Shown: positions 56,077 to 64,000 of the stretch, one piece after another
Layout of the letters: each line of letters starts with the position of its first letter
Position numbering within the stretch: position 1 is the first letter of the stretch
Assembly (NCBI GenBank): GCA_022820545.1
Contig: JAJEFG010000108.1
Coordinates: 4,122 to 68,121 of the forward strand
Source of the DNA: Acidobacteriota bacterium
Lineage (GTDB): Bacteria; Acidobacteriota; Vicinamibacteria; Marinacidobacterales; Marinacidobacteraceae
Reading direction: 5' to 3'
Length of the DNA: 64,000 nt
Translations under genes and position numbers: made by a program
Notes under the pieces: generated by a model
Seen by the model: only the letters and a program-made list of their open reading frames with translations
Database searches by the model: none
What the model was told of the DNA's origin: nothing

Positions 56077-57018
56077 TCACTCCTCGCTCGGGAACGCGTA
56101 GTAGCCGTTCCGCGTGCGCGCCAGCAGGTCGCGGCGTCCGCGGACCGAGACCTCGATCTCGCGCCACTCGCCCTCCCGCTCCGCCTTCCGCGGGATGTAG
56201 GCAAGCCGGTACTGGGCGTGCATGTCCGCCTCGATCCGGGCGAAGCTGCCGATGAGATCGCCGGTCCGCTCCGGGAAGAGCGCCTGACCGCCGGTCTCTT
56301 CGGTGAGCCGGCGCAGGAACCGCTTGTTGACCCGGGCGCCGTTTCCTTCGAACCCGATGGCGTAGACGACGGCGTCGGTGAGCCGGGCGGCCTCGATGGT
56401 GTCGCCGGCGCTCATCTCGCTGCCGAAGCCCATGCTCCGCGAGTCGTCGCCGTCGGTGAAGATGAGGAGCGCCTTGCGGTCCCCGTCGGCGAAATGGAGC
56501 CGCTCGAGGGCCATGATCGAGGCGTCGTAGAGCGCGGTGGGCCCCAGCGGGTCGAGGGCCATGATGTTGGCGGTGAGCCGGAACCGGTCGTCGGTGAACT
56601 CGCCTCCGAACCGGACCCGGTCGTTGAACTCGCCGATCATGGCGACGTCGCCCTCCCACAACCGGTCCACGAAGGTGGCGGCCGCTTCCTTCACGTAGTC
56701 GAGGCTCACCCTCATGCTCAGGGAGGCGTCGAGCAGCACCAGGATCGTGAGCGGGGCCGCCTCGGCAGCGAAGAAGCTGATCTGCTGGGGAACTCCGTCC
56801 TCGCGGACCACGAAGTCGTCGGCGGTGAGGCCGGAGACGAAACGGCCGCGCTCGTCCGTCACCGCCACCCCCAGGTTGACCGCTTCGACCTGCACCTGGA
56901 TGCGGAAGGGATCCTGCCGTGTCTCGCGGACCGCCGCGAAGGCGATTGTCGCTGCGGTGGCGGCGAAGAGAGCGGCGGCCAGGCCGGCCGGCGCGCTTCT
57001 CCGTATCCAGCGGGACAT
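56077..57018 (-). CDS. von Willebrand factor type A (VWA) domain protein with N-terminal TM anchor
   Basis: '...LTILVLLDASLSM...' MIDAS DxSxS motif, 'LLIFTDGDD' and a C-terminal region typical of the VWA 'vWA-like' family. Confidence 0.7.
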   Translation of the reverse strand: MSRWIRRSAPAGLAAALFAATAATIAFAAVRETRQDPFRIQVQVEAVNLGVAVTDERGRFVSGLTADDFVVREDGVPQQISFFAAEAAPLTILVLLDASLSMRVSLDYVKEAAATFVDRLWEGDVAMIGEFNDRVRFGGEFTDDRFRLTANIMALDPLGPTALYDASIMALERLHFADGDRKALLIFTDGDDSRSMGFGSEMSAGDTIEAARLTDAVVYAIGFEGNGARVNKRFLRRLTEETGGQALFPERTGDLIGSFARIEADMHAQYRLAYIPRKAEREGEWREIEVSVRGRRDLLARTRNGYYAFPSEE

Positions 57019-57286
57019 TTGCGAAGTTTCCCCCTCGGTGCCCGGTATTCTGTCTCGCCGACCGGGATTGGGCGATGGCGGATTCCGGGAACCGTCCCGA
57101 CGACGCGGCGGGAGAATCGAAGCGGGCCCCGAGATTCGCGGGCTGCTACAATTCCCGGCCCGAATCGGGGGCGAAACCGCCCCGCCGAGTCGGTTTCCCG
57201 GCTGTCAGGTGCGGCCCGAACCTGTCAGGCCGACCGGTTACCGACCGCATCATTCCCCTGCCCACGGAACGGAGGTTCCTCGCAAG

Positions 57287-58075
57287 ATGCTTCACAGAGC
57301 CCCTCGCACGCTCATTCTGGTCGCGATTCCCCTCGCCGCCGCCCTGATGGTCGGCTGCGGCGGTGGCGGCGAATCGGACACCGCGATGGACGCCGTCCCG
57401 GCCGCCGCCATGACCACCGTGGACCCGGCGACCGCCGGGACCATCAGCGGCAAGATCATGCTCGACGGCGAAGCCCCGCCGGCCGACGCCATCCAGATGG
57501 CCGCGGACCCGAACTGCGCCCGCATGCACGACAGCCCGGTGATGACCGAGTTCGTGCTCACCGACATGGAGGGCGGCCTGCAGAACGCCTTCGTGTACAT
57601 CAAGGGCGGCCTCGAAGGCATGAGCTTCCCGGTGCCGACCGAGCCGGTCGTCCTGAACCAGGAGGGCTGCGTCTACGTGCCGCACGTGCTGGGCATCCAG
57701 GTGGGCCAGGAACTCAACATCCTGAACAGCGACGCGACGCTCCACAACATCCACGCCACCCCGACCGTGAACCAGGAGTTCAACATCGGGCAGCCGGTAG
57801 CCAACATGAGCACCACCCGCACCTTCGACAGCGTGGAGATCATGGTGCCCTTCAAGTGCGACGTGCACCGCTGGATGAACAGCTACGCGGGCGTCCTCGA
57901 CCACCCCTACTTCGCGGTGAGCAGCATGGACGGCTCCTTCAGCATCGGCAACGTGCCCCCGGGCGACTACACGGTCGGCGTCTGGCACGAGCGCCTCGGC
58001 GAGATGGAGATGGCGGTGACGGTCGGCGAGATGGCCACCGCGGACGCCAGCTTCACCTACAGCGCCGCCGAGTAG
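57287..58075 (+). CDS. amicyanin/pseudoazurin-like (type-1 copper-site-like) lipoprotein, hypothetical
   Basis: Lipobox 'LMVGC'; candidate T1Cu ligands His (HNIHATP) ... 'KCDVHRWM' (C-x2-H-x2-M, as in amicyanin). SD GGAGG 8 nt before the ATG. Adjacent to the oxidase cluster. Confidence 0.5.
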   Translation: MLHRAPRTLILVAIPLAAALMVGCGGGGESDTAMDAVPAAAMTTVDPATAGTISGKIMLDGEAPPADAIQMAADPNCARMHDSPVMTEFVLTDMEGGLQNAFVYIKGGLEGMSFPVPTEPVVLNQEGCVYVPHVLGIQVGQELNILNSDATLHNIHATPTVNQEFNIGQPVANMSTTRTFDSVEIMVPFKCDVHRWMNSYAGVLDHPYFAVSSMDGSFSIGNVPPGDYTVGVWHERLGEMEMAVTVGEMATADASFTYSAAE

Positions 58076-58122
58076 GCCAACCATCCTGGCGGGCGACACC
58101 CGCCAGGATCGCACCGCCGGCC

Positions 58123-58200
58123 GGGAGCGCCGGCCGGTTCTCGCGGTAGCGGCCTTCAGACCGGCACCGCTGGGCGCAGCCCAGCGAAGAGCGCGTAGGG
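58123..58200 (+). repeat. REP-like intergenic repeat (family copy G, divergent, 'TAGGG-tail' subtype)
   Basis: gggagcgccggccgg...ggccttcagaccggcaccgctgggcgcagcccagcgaagagcgcgtaggg ; hairpin 2 is GCTGGGC-GCA-GCCCAGC. Confidence 0.5.
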
Positions 58201-58288
58201 CCAGGTGGCCGGGTGGCGCATCCGGGCCGCGCTCCCATCGGGGCGATCGGGTCGCGTGACCCTGTCGACCCGCTCACTGGGGGTTGGG

Positions 58289-59572
58289 CTACTCCCCCTC
58301 CGCGTGCGGCCGAGATCCCTCCGGAGCGCCTTCGGGCCAGGGCGTCTTGCGGAGATCCCCGGCCCAGCGTTCGAGCACCTTGTCCCCACCGAGTTGCCGG
58401 ACCCGGTTGTAGTCGAAGAGCGCCCGCTGGCGCTGGCCACGGCCGTCGCGGGCATTGCCGCGACGGAAGTGCAGCATCAGCCGGACATCGGGGGGCGGGG
58501 AGGACTGGAGGCCCTGTGAGAAGGCGGCCTCGGCCTCTTCCCAGCTCTCCTCGAACAGCCAGGACTCGCCCAGCCTGAGTTCCGGGATGCCGCGCGTGGT
58601 CAGATGGTAGTTCCCGAAGCCGGCGTCCCGCCGTTCGATGAACACCAGCAGCGCGTCGCGCGCCTCGGCAGTCTCTCCGTGGTACAGGCGGATCCCGATC
58701 TCTTCGAGGGCGAAGTCCGGGTTCTTCGGGAACTGCTCGCGGAGCGTGCTGACGGCGGTGAGGGCGTCGTCCAACCGGTCCTCCCGCTGCATGAAGAGTA
58801 CGAGCGCCCAGAGGGCGCCCCAGCGCGAGCGTTGTCCTTCGCGGGCGGTGCGGGCGACCCAGTCGAGACCCCGGTCCCTCTCGCCCCGCATGCCGAAGAG
58901 GAACGCGAGCATGCGGAGGGCGCGCGGGAGGGTGGCGATCGCGTAGTCCTGGGCGCCCGGGGCGTGGTAGGCGTCGGCGAAGCCAGGATCCGCTTCCAGG
59001 ACCTCACGGTGGAGGCTGGCCGCGCGGCGCATGGCTCGCGCGGCGGAGAAGTAGGCGCGTTGCACGGTGCCGTCCCAGGCCGCCTTCATCGATTCGATCG
59101 AGCCGAGGTAGTAGAGGTTCAGCAGGTCCCCGGGATCGCGCTGCCGCACCGCTTCGCAGCGTCGTCTTGCCTCTTCGAGCTGGTCCTCGAAGAACCGTGT
59201 TTCCTCGTCGGTTACCACCGCGGTCCCGCTCTGCTCCCAGAACCGGTCGCCCCGGTGCGATGACCCCCGCATCGCTCCCACGCGCTGGCCCACCTTCGTC
59301 CAGGTGACGGCGGCGTGGCCGTAGGGTCCGGCAGCGAAGTCGGGGAACCGGTCATCGAGGCGCTCGAAGATCTCCCCGGCCGCCTCGAAGTCATAGTTGA
59401 ACAGGTGCTGATACGCCTCGATCTCGAGGGGAAGCGCCTCATCCCCGTACGCCCGTGGCGATCCCTCGACGAGATCCTGCGGCTGTCCGTGGACGAGGCC
59501 GGACACGAGCAGAACCAGCCCGGCCAGGAAGCCGACACGGGTGGCCGTAGTTGGCGTGATCCTCATCATCAT
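58289..59572 (-). CDS. secreted TPR-like/alpha-helical hypothetical protein
   Basis: Internal triple-Met start 'MMMRITPTTATRVGFLAGLVLLVSGLVHG' (signal peptide), then a helical body of about 400 aa. The track ORF (to 60586) has a long Arg/Gly-rich N-terminal artifact antisense to the NUDIX gene. Confidence 0.5.
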   Translation of the reverse strand: MMMRITPTTATRVGFLAGLVLLVSGLVHGQPQDLVEGSPRAYGDEALPLEIEAYQHLFNYDFEAAGEIFERLDDRFPDFAAGPYGHAAVTWTKVGQRVGAMRGSSHRGDRFWEQSGTAVVTDEETRFFEDQLEEARRRCEAVRQRDPGDLLNLYYLGSIESMKAAWDGTVQRAYFSAARAMRRAASLHREVLEADPGFADAYHAPGAQDYAIATLPRALRMLAFLFGMRGERDRGLDWVARTAREGQRSRWGALWALVLFMQREDRLDDALTAVSTLREQFPKNPDFALEEIGIRLYHGETAEARDALLVFIERRDAGFGNYHLTTRGIPELRLGESWLFEESWEEAEAAFSQGLQSSPPPDVRLMLHFRRGNARDGRGQRQRALFDYNRVRQLGGDKVLERWAGDLRKTPWPEGAPEGSRPHAEGE

Positions 59573-59614
59573 CCCGCGTATTCTCCACGCTGGGCCACTT
59601 ACACTGGCACTCTG

Positions 59615-60187
59615 ATGCCCGATCGCTCCAGCGCCGTTCCCGCCCAACTGATCGACCGCAGCGTCCCGTTCGCCGGGCGGCTGCTGCGCGTGGAGCTCGA
59701 TCGGGCGAAGGAGCCCGCGGGACCGGAAGACTACGGTCCCGTGGTCCGCCGCGAAGTGGTTCGCCACCCGGGCGCGGTGGCGATCGTCGCCGTGACCCCG
59801 GAAGCGAGGCTGGTGATGGTTCGCCAGTACCGCTATGCCGCCGGCAGGTTCCTGCTCGAGATCCCGGCCGGAACGCTGGAACCCGGCGAGAGCCCCGAAG
59901 ACACGGCCCGCCGCGAGTTGCGCGAGGAGACCGGCTATTCGGCGGAGAGCCTGCGCCCGCTCGGATCGTTCTTCAGCGCTCCCGGCTTCTGCGACGAGGT
60001 GATTCACCTGTTCCGGGCGGAAGGCCTCACCCCGGGCGAGCAGGACACGGATTTCGGGGAGGACATCGACCTGGTCGAGATCCCCGTCGAAGAGGGGCGC
60101 CGGCGGCTGGCGGCGGGCGGTTTCGAGGACGCCAAGACGCTTGCCGGGCTCGGACTCTTCTTCCTGGAGGAACCCGGCCGCTCCTGA
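59615..60187 (+). CDS. NUDIX hydrolase (ADP-ribose pyrophosphatase-like)
   Basis: Nudix box 'GTLEPGESPEDTARRELREETGY'; 190 aa; NudF-like N-terminal region. Confidence 0.8.
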   Translation: MPDRSSAVPAQLIDRSVPFAGRLLRVELDRAKEPAGPEDYGPVVRREVVRHPGAVAIVAVTPEARLVMVRQYRYAAGRFLLEIPAGTLEPGESPEDTARRELREETGYSAESLRPLGSFFSAPGFCDEVIHLFRAEGLTPGEQDTDFGEDIDLVEIPVEEGRRRLAAGGFEDAKTLAGLGLFFLEEPGRS

Positions 60188-60203
60188 GCCGTTCCAAGGT
60201 CCG

Positions 60204-60731
60204 ATGGGATCCCACCGCGACACCGGGAAGCGGCCAGCCTGGCGTGGCGCCACGCTCTTCGTGGTGGCGGCCCTGGCCGGCGCCTGCGCCGAGCAGCCGG
60301 ATCCCCCCGCGCCCGGCGCTCCGGCGCCTCCCTTCGAGTTGGCGGACCTCGACGGGCGCACCCACCGCCTCTCGGACTTCGCGGGTCGGGTGGTGGTGCT
60401 CAACTTCTGGGCCACCTGGTGCCCGCCGTGCGTCGAGGAGATGCCGTCGCTGCAACGCCTCCAGGACCTCCTGGGGGACGACGGACTCGAGGTGGTCGCG
60501 GTGTCGGTGGACGAGCGGTACTCCGACATCCCGCCGTTCGTTGCCGAACACGGGCTGCGTTTCCTGGTGCTCCACGACCTCGGCAAGCGCGCCTCCCGGC
60601 GCTACGAGGTGTTCCAGTTTCCCGAGACCTGGATCATCCGCCGCGACGGGACGCTCGCCTCCCACATCATCGGGGCCCGGGACTGGGCGGCGCCCGGCTC
60701 GCTCGAGATCTTCCGGGACCTGCTCGAATAA
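60204..60731 (+). CDS. TlpA-family thiol:disulfide oxidoreductase (thioredoxin fold), lipoprotein
   Basis: 'VVVLNFWATWCPPCVEEMPSL' WCPPC active site; N-terminus 'LFVVAALAGAC' (lipobox). Confidence 0.8.
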   Translation: MGSHRDTGKRPAWRGATLFVVAALAGACAEQPDPPAPGAPAPPFELADLDGRTHRLSDFAGRVVVLNFWATWCPPCVEEMPSLQRLQDLLGDDGLEVVAVSVDERYSDIPPFVAEHGLRFLVLHDLGKRASRRYEVFQFPETWIIRRDGTLASHIIGARDWAAPGSLEIFRDLLE

Positions 60732-60760
60732 CGCTAGACTCCGCCGCTCGACCGGAGGGG

Positions 60761-61189
60761 ATGCCGGTCCCCAGTGCGGAGGCGATCCACTTGAAGATCG
60801 AAGAATCGAGTCAATTCCTGCAGGCGAACGCCGTGGCGCAGCGGGTGCGCCAGTTGATCATGGGGGCGGCGCCCAAGGTGAAGACCTCTTCGCGCCGGCC
60901 GACCGCGATTGCGCTCGCCGAGTTGAAAGCCGGCAAGCTCGAGGTCTATGACCCGAGAGAAGCCGCCGAACTGCTCGCGGAAGACAGCGAGGACCTCAGC
61001 GAGGAAGAGCGGGCCGCCGCCGAAGCGGCGCGGGCCAGCTTCGAGCAGATGTTTGCCGAGGCGGCGGGCGGCGACGTGGATCTCGATGCCTCCCCCGAGG
61101 AATCGGCCGAGCCCGCGCCGGAACCGGCGGAGACGGCGGCGGTAGAGGCGAACGGGACCGAAGCGCCGGCCGAAGCTCCAGCCGAATAG
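60761..61189 (+). CDS. hypothetical acidic protein (about 142 aa)
   Basis: Internal ATG of ORF 60419..61189; Glu/Ala-rich C-terminal half; no recognisable motif. Confidence 0.45.
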   Translation: MPVPSAEAIHLKIEESSQFLQANAVAQRVRQLIMGAAPKVKTSSRRPTAIALAELKAGKLEVYDPREAAELLAEDSEDLSEEERAAAEAARASFEQMFAEAAGGDVDLDASPEESAEPAPEPAETAAVEANGTEAPAEAPAE

Positions 61190-61239
61190 CACTGGCGCTC
61201 GCGCGCCTCTCGCGTACCCTTTGGCGCGGGAGGATTTGC

Positions 61240-62559
61240 ATGCGTTCCCGTTTTCTTCGTGGCGCCGCCGTTGCGGTGCTCGCTCTCCTGTTCGTCCCGG
61301 CCGCCGCCGGCGCCAAGACCGAGGCCCGCAACCGCTGGGAGCGGATGTGCCAGATCCGCGCCGACAAGTTCGACCTCGTCCTGCCCGAAGCCATGCGCGG
61401 GAACGGGATCGACATGTGGATCACGGTGATGAAGGAGGGATTGCGCGATCCCCTCTGGCCCGACCTCGGCCACGGCTACGTGGGGAGCACCGGCTACATC
61501 ATCTTCACCGACCGGGGTGGGGACCGCATCGAGCGGGTGGCCATCGGGGCCACCGGCTACAAGATCGAGCGCTGCGGGGTCTACGACCAGGTGGTGGACA
61601 GCGCCGATCTCGCCGCGTTCGTGCGGGAGCGCGATCCCGAGCGGATCGGCGTGAACATGTCCCGCAGCATCGGGGCGGCGGACGGGCTCTCGCACACGAG
61701 CTGGCTGCACCTCCGGGAGACGCTCGGCGAGCCCTATGCGGACCGGATGGTCTCCGCCGAGAAGCTGATCTCGGACTTCCGCTCGCGGCGGGTGGCGAGC
61801 GAGATCGTCGCCTTCGGCGAGGCTGGCGAGTGGTCGCGCAAGATCGCCGAGCGGGCCTTCTCGAACGAGGTCATCACGCCGGGCATCACCGCGCTCGAAG
61901 ACGTCGCCTGGTGGATCGAACAGCAACTGCTCGAGAACGGTCTCGACAGCTCGTTCGGGATGCCGTCCATCTACATCACCGGCCCGACCGGAATCGAAGC
62001 GACCTCGAACGAGCGCATCATCCAGCGCGGCGACCTGCTGATGATCGACTGGGGGGTCGGCTACCTGAACTTCTACACCGACATGAAGCGGATCGCCTAC
62101 GTGCTGAAGGATGGGGAGGTCGCCGTCCCGCCGGGCATCCAGAACGCCTTCGACCGGGGCCGCGCCGCCCGCGACGTCATCCGGCGGACCATCAAGCCGG
62201 GCCCGACGGCAGGGGCGATGCTGGAGCAGCTCGGCGCCGAGCTGACCGCCGCCGGCTTCCAGATGATCGAGTTCAACCAGCCCACCGACGACGACACCAC
62301 CGACGTCGTGATCGGCTGCCACTCGGTCGGGAACCTCGGGCACGGGATCGGTCCGTCCATCGCCTGGTTCAATCCCACCCGGCTCGAGTACGAGATCGTG
62401 CCCTCGAACATGTTCTCCATCGAACTCTTCGCCTACACGAAGGCCGACGAGTTCGGCGGCGCCAAGATCCGCATCCCGCTCGAAGACGACGCCATCGTCA
62501 CCGAGCGGGGCGTGGAGTGGTTCTATCCCGCCAACGACCGGATCCTGCTGATCCGGTAA
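61240..62559 (+). CDS. M24-family metallopeptidase (Xaa-Pro aminopeptidase/creatinase-like), secreted
   Basis: Signal peptide 'MRSRFLRGAAVAVLALLFVPAAAGA'; C-terminal pita-bread motifs ('...LLMIDWGVGY...', 'CHSVGNLGHGIGPSIAWF', 'MFSIELFAY') resembling the M24 HxxGHGxG pattern. Confidence 0.6.
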   Translation: MRSRFLRGAAVAVLALLFVPAAAGAKTEARNRWERMCQIRADKFDLVLPEAMRGNGIDMWITVMKEGLRDPLWPDLGHGYVGSTGYIIFTDRGGDRIERVAIGATGYKIERCGVYDQVVDSADLAAFVRERDPERIGVNMSRSIGAADGLSHTSWLHLRETLGEPYADRMVSAEKLISDFRSRRVASEIVAFGEAGEWSRKIAERAFSNEVITPGITALEDVAWWIEQQLLENGLDSSFGMPSIYITGPTGIEATSNERIIQRGDLLMIDWGVGYLNFYTDMKRIAYVLKDGEVAVPPGIQNAFDRGRAARDVIRRTIKPGPTAGAMLEQLGAELTAAGFQMIEFNQPTDDDTTDVVIGCHSVGNLGHGIGPSIAWFNPTRLEYEIVPSNMFSIELFAYTKADEFGGAKIRIPLEDDAIVTERGVEWFYPANDRILLIR

Positions 62560-62569
62560 GGAGGCCGTC

Positions 62570-64000
62570 ATGAGGCCTGATTCGGCATTCGCGAAAGCAG
62601 TTCTGTTCCTCGTTCTCCCGGCGCTCGCGGGCGCCCAGCTTCGCTCCCAGTCGGAACTCACCGCCGCGGATGCGGATCCGGGTTTCCGTCTCACGCTGGA
62701 CCACCTCGGCGGCGGCAACCGCGTCTTCGGCCTGGCCCCGCGCGACCTGCGCTGGGCCCCGGACGGTTCCGAGGTCTACTTCCGCTGGCACGAGGACCCG
62801 AAGCCCGACCAGCTTGCCGACGACGATCCCTGGTTCGCGGTGGACCGGGCGGGCGGGACCCTTCGGGAGCTGACCGAAGCAGAGGTCGGTCTCATTCCGG
62901 GGTCCAACGCGGTCCGGACCGTCTCGGGAGACACGGCGGCCTGGAGTCGGGAGGGCTCGCTCTACGTCTGGACGGAAACCGGGGGAACGCGTGCGGTCTA
63001 CGCGGTCGCCGGGCAGATCGGACAGCTCCGGCTCCGCCCCGACGGGAGCAGGGTCCTCTTCGCGACCAAGGGTCTCTCGGCGAACGCGCCCGAGAGCGGA
63101 GATCTCTGGGAACACGACGTCGCTTCGGGCGCCACCCGCCAGCTCGCGGTGGTGGTGCCGGCGAAGGAGGAGGAGACCGACCAGCAGACCTGGCTCAAGG
63201 CGCAGCAGAACGAGCTGGTCCGGGTGGTCCGCGAACGGAAGGAACGCGACGAACGCCGGGACCAGCTCCGCCGGGATCAGAACGACCTCCTGCCCCAGGA
63301 GATTCCGGTCCCGAAGGGCGAAAAGGCGGTGGACATCCGGGTGTCGCCGGACGGGAAGCACCTGGTCTTCCGGTCGCGGAAGGACCCCGCGGACCCGAAG
63401 CGCACGAGCTTCATGGAGTTCGTGAACGAGAGCGGGCAGGCCACCGAGAAGGACGCCCGCCCCAAGGTGGGGGAGACGCTCCCGTCGTGGCGCCTCGGAA
63501 TCGTGGCGGTGGACCGCGGCGTCCGCACCGAGGACATCGAGATCCGCTGGGTGGAGGACGGCATCGAGAAGGACACCGTGATGCACGGCCCCTGGTGGAG
63601 CCCGGACGGGCAGCAAGGGGTGGTGCAGGTGCTCTCCATGGACCACAAGGAGCGCTGGATCTCGCTGATCGACATGGACGCCGGGACGCTGCGCCACGTC
63701 GATCACCAGCAGGAGGAGGCCTGGATCGGCGGGCCGCTGGTGACCGGCCGCTGGTCGCCGGGGTACCTCGAGTGGCTGGCGGACAGCCAGGCGTTCGCCT
63801 TCGGGTCGGTGGCGAGCGGCTGGGCCATGCTGATGCTCGCGAATCTCGACGGCGAGGTCACGGCGCTCACCGAGGGAACGTTCGAGGTGCGGCGCGCAGA
63901 GCTGGCGCCTGGCGGCGACTCGTTCCTCGTCACCACCAGCCGCGAGCATCCCGGGGAGGAGCACCTCTACCGGCTGCCGGCGCGCGGCGGGGCCCTTGAG
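62570..64000 (+). CDS. TolB-like/DPP-IV N-terminal beta-propeller protein (S9-peptidase-associated), 3' end beyond window
   Basis: AAGGAGG SD then ATG (MRPDSAFAKAVLFLVLPALAGAQ, signal peptide). Repeated 'VSPDGKHLVF', 'WSPDGQ', 'RPDGSRVLFA' propeller blades. The open frame continues to the window end; it is not in the ORF track because there is no stop. Confidence 0.55.
   Translation, partial: MRPDSAFAKAVLFLVLPALAGAQLRSQSELTAADADPGFRLTLDHLGGGNRVFGLAPRDLRWAPDGSEVYFRWHEDPKPDQLADDDPWFAVDRAGGTLRELTEAEVGLIPGSNAVRTVSGDTAAWSREGSLYVWTETGGTRAVYAVAGQIGQLRLRPDGSRVLFATKGLSANAPESGDLWEHDVASGATRQLAVVVPAKEEETDQQTWLKAQQNELVRVVRERKERDERRDQLRRDQNDLLPQEIPVPKGEKAVDIRVSPDGKHLVFRSRKDPADPKRTSFMEFVNESGQATEKDARPKVGETLPSWRLGIVAVDRGVRTEDIEIRWVEDGIEKDTVMHGPWWSPDGQQGVVQVLSMDHKERWISLIDMDAGTLRHVDHQQEEAWIGGPLVTGRWSPGYLEWLADSQAFAFGSVASGWAMLMLANLDGEVTALTEGTFEVRRAELAPGGDSFLVTTSREHPGEEHLYRLPARGGALE

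Noticed and set aside
60946-62718. 590-aa minus-strand ORF
   Set aside because: It is antisense to the M24 peptidase and acidic-protein genes, has Arg/Gly/Asp-rich artifact composition, and carries no motifs.

Overview
This is a high-GC (about 70%) bacterial chromosomal segment. Genes are densely packed on both strands, and the three non-coding frames carry long spurious antisense ORFs typical of high-GC DNA. Because I worked without tools, coordinates I derived from the sequence myself (rather than from the ORF track) can be off by a few nucleotides.

Gene content, mostly core:
- NUDIX hydrolase (partial at the window start), AIM24-family protein, glycerate kinase, an ECF sigma factor.
- hslVU protease, followed by a large acidic Pro/Glu-rich lipoprotein.
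- Transaldolase and a three-gene acyl-CoA carboxylase operon (carboxyltransferase, biotin carboxylase, BCCP).
- tamB-bamA and a SurA-like chaperone; a sigma-70 family factor behind a long structured leader.
- Two amidase-signature enzymes, PhzF, RNase HI, an ABC-F ATPase.
- A giant TPR + FG-GAP/ASPIC (CRTAC1-type) protein and three tandem secreted TPR paralogs.
- A trp operon, trpD-C-F-B-A plus a DAHP synthase.
- A respiratory supercluster: Rieske, split cytochrome b, an octaheme cytochrome c, and a caa3-type oxidase (coxII, coxI, two subunit III copies, subunit IV).
- A signal-peptide hydantoinase-like amidohydrolase, a VWA protein, an amicyanin-like lipoprotein, a second NUDIX hydrolase, TlpA, an M24 peptidase and an S9 beta-propeller (partial at the window end).

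Most notable observations:
1. An AhpD/CMD-family gene has an in-frame TGA exactly at the second Cys of the CxxCxxxH motif. A stem-loop with a GGUC-containing loop begins 11 nt downstream, consistent with a bacterial SECIS, so this is most likely a selenoprotein rather than two ORFs or a pseudogene.
2. A 34-codon leader ORF with three Trp codons (W-L-W-R-W) sits just upstream of trpD, followed by alternative hairpins. This is a candidate trp attenuator.
3. At least nine copies, all in the same orientation, of a GC-rich two-hairpin intergenic repeat carry compensatory base changes in both stems. Two copies directly flank the hydantoinase gene.
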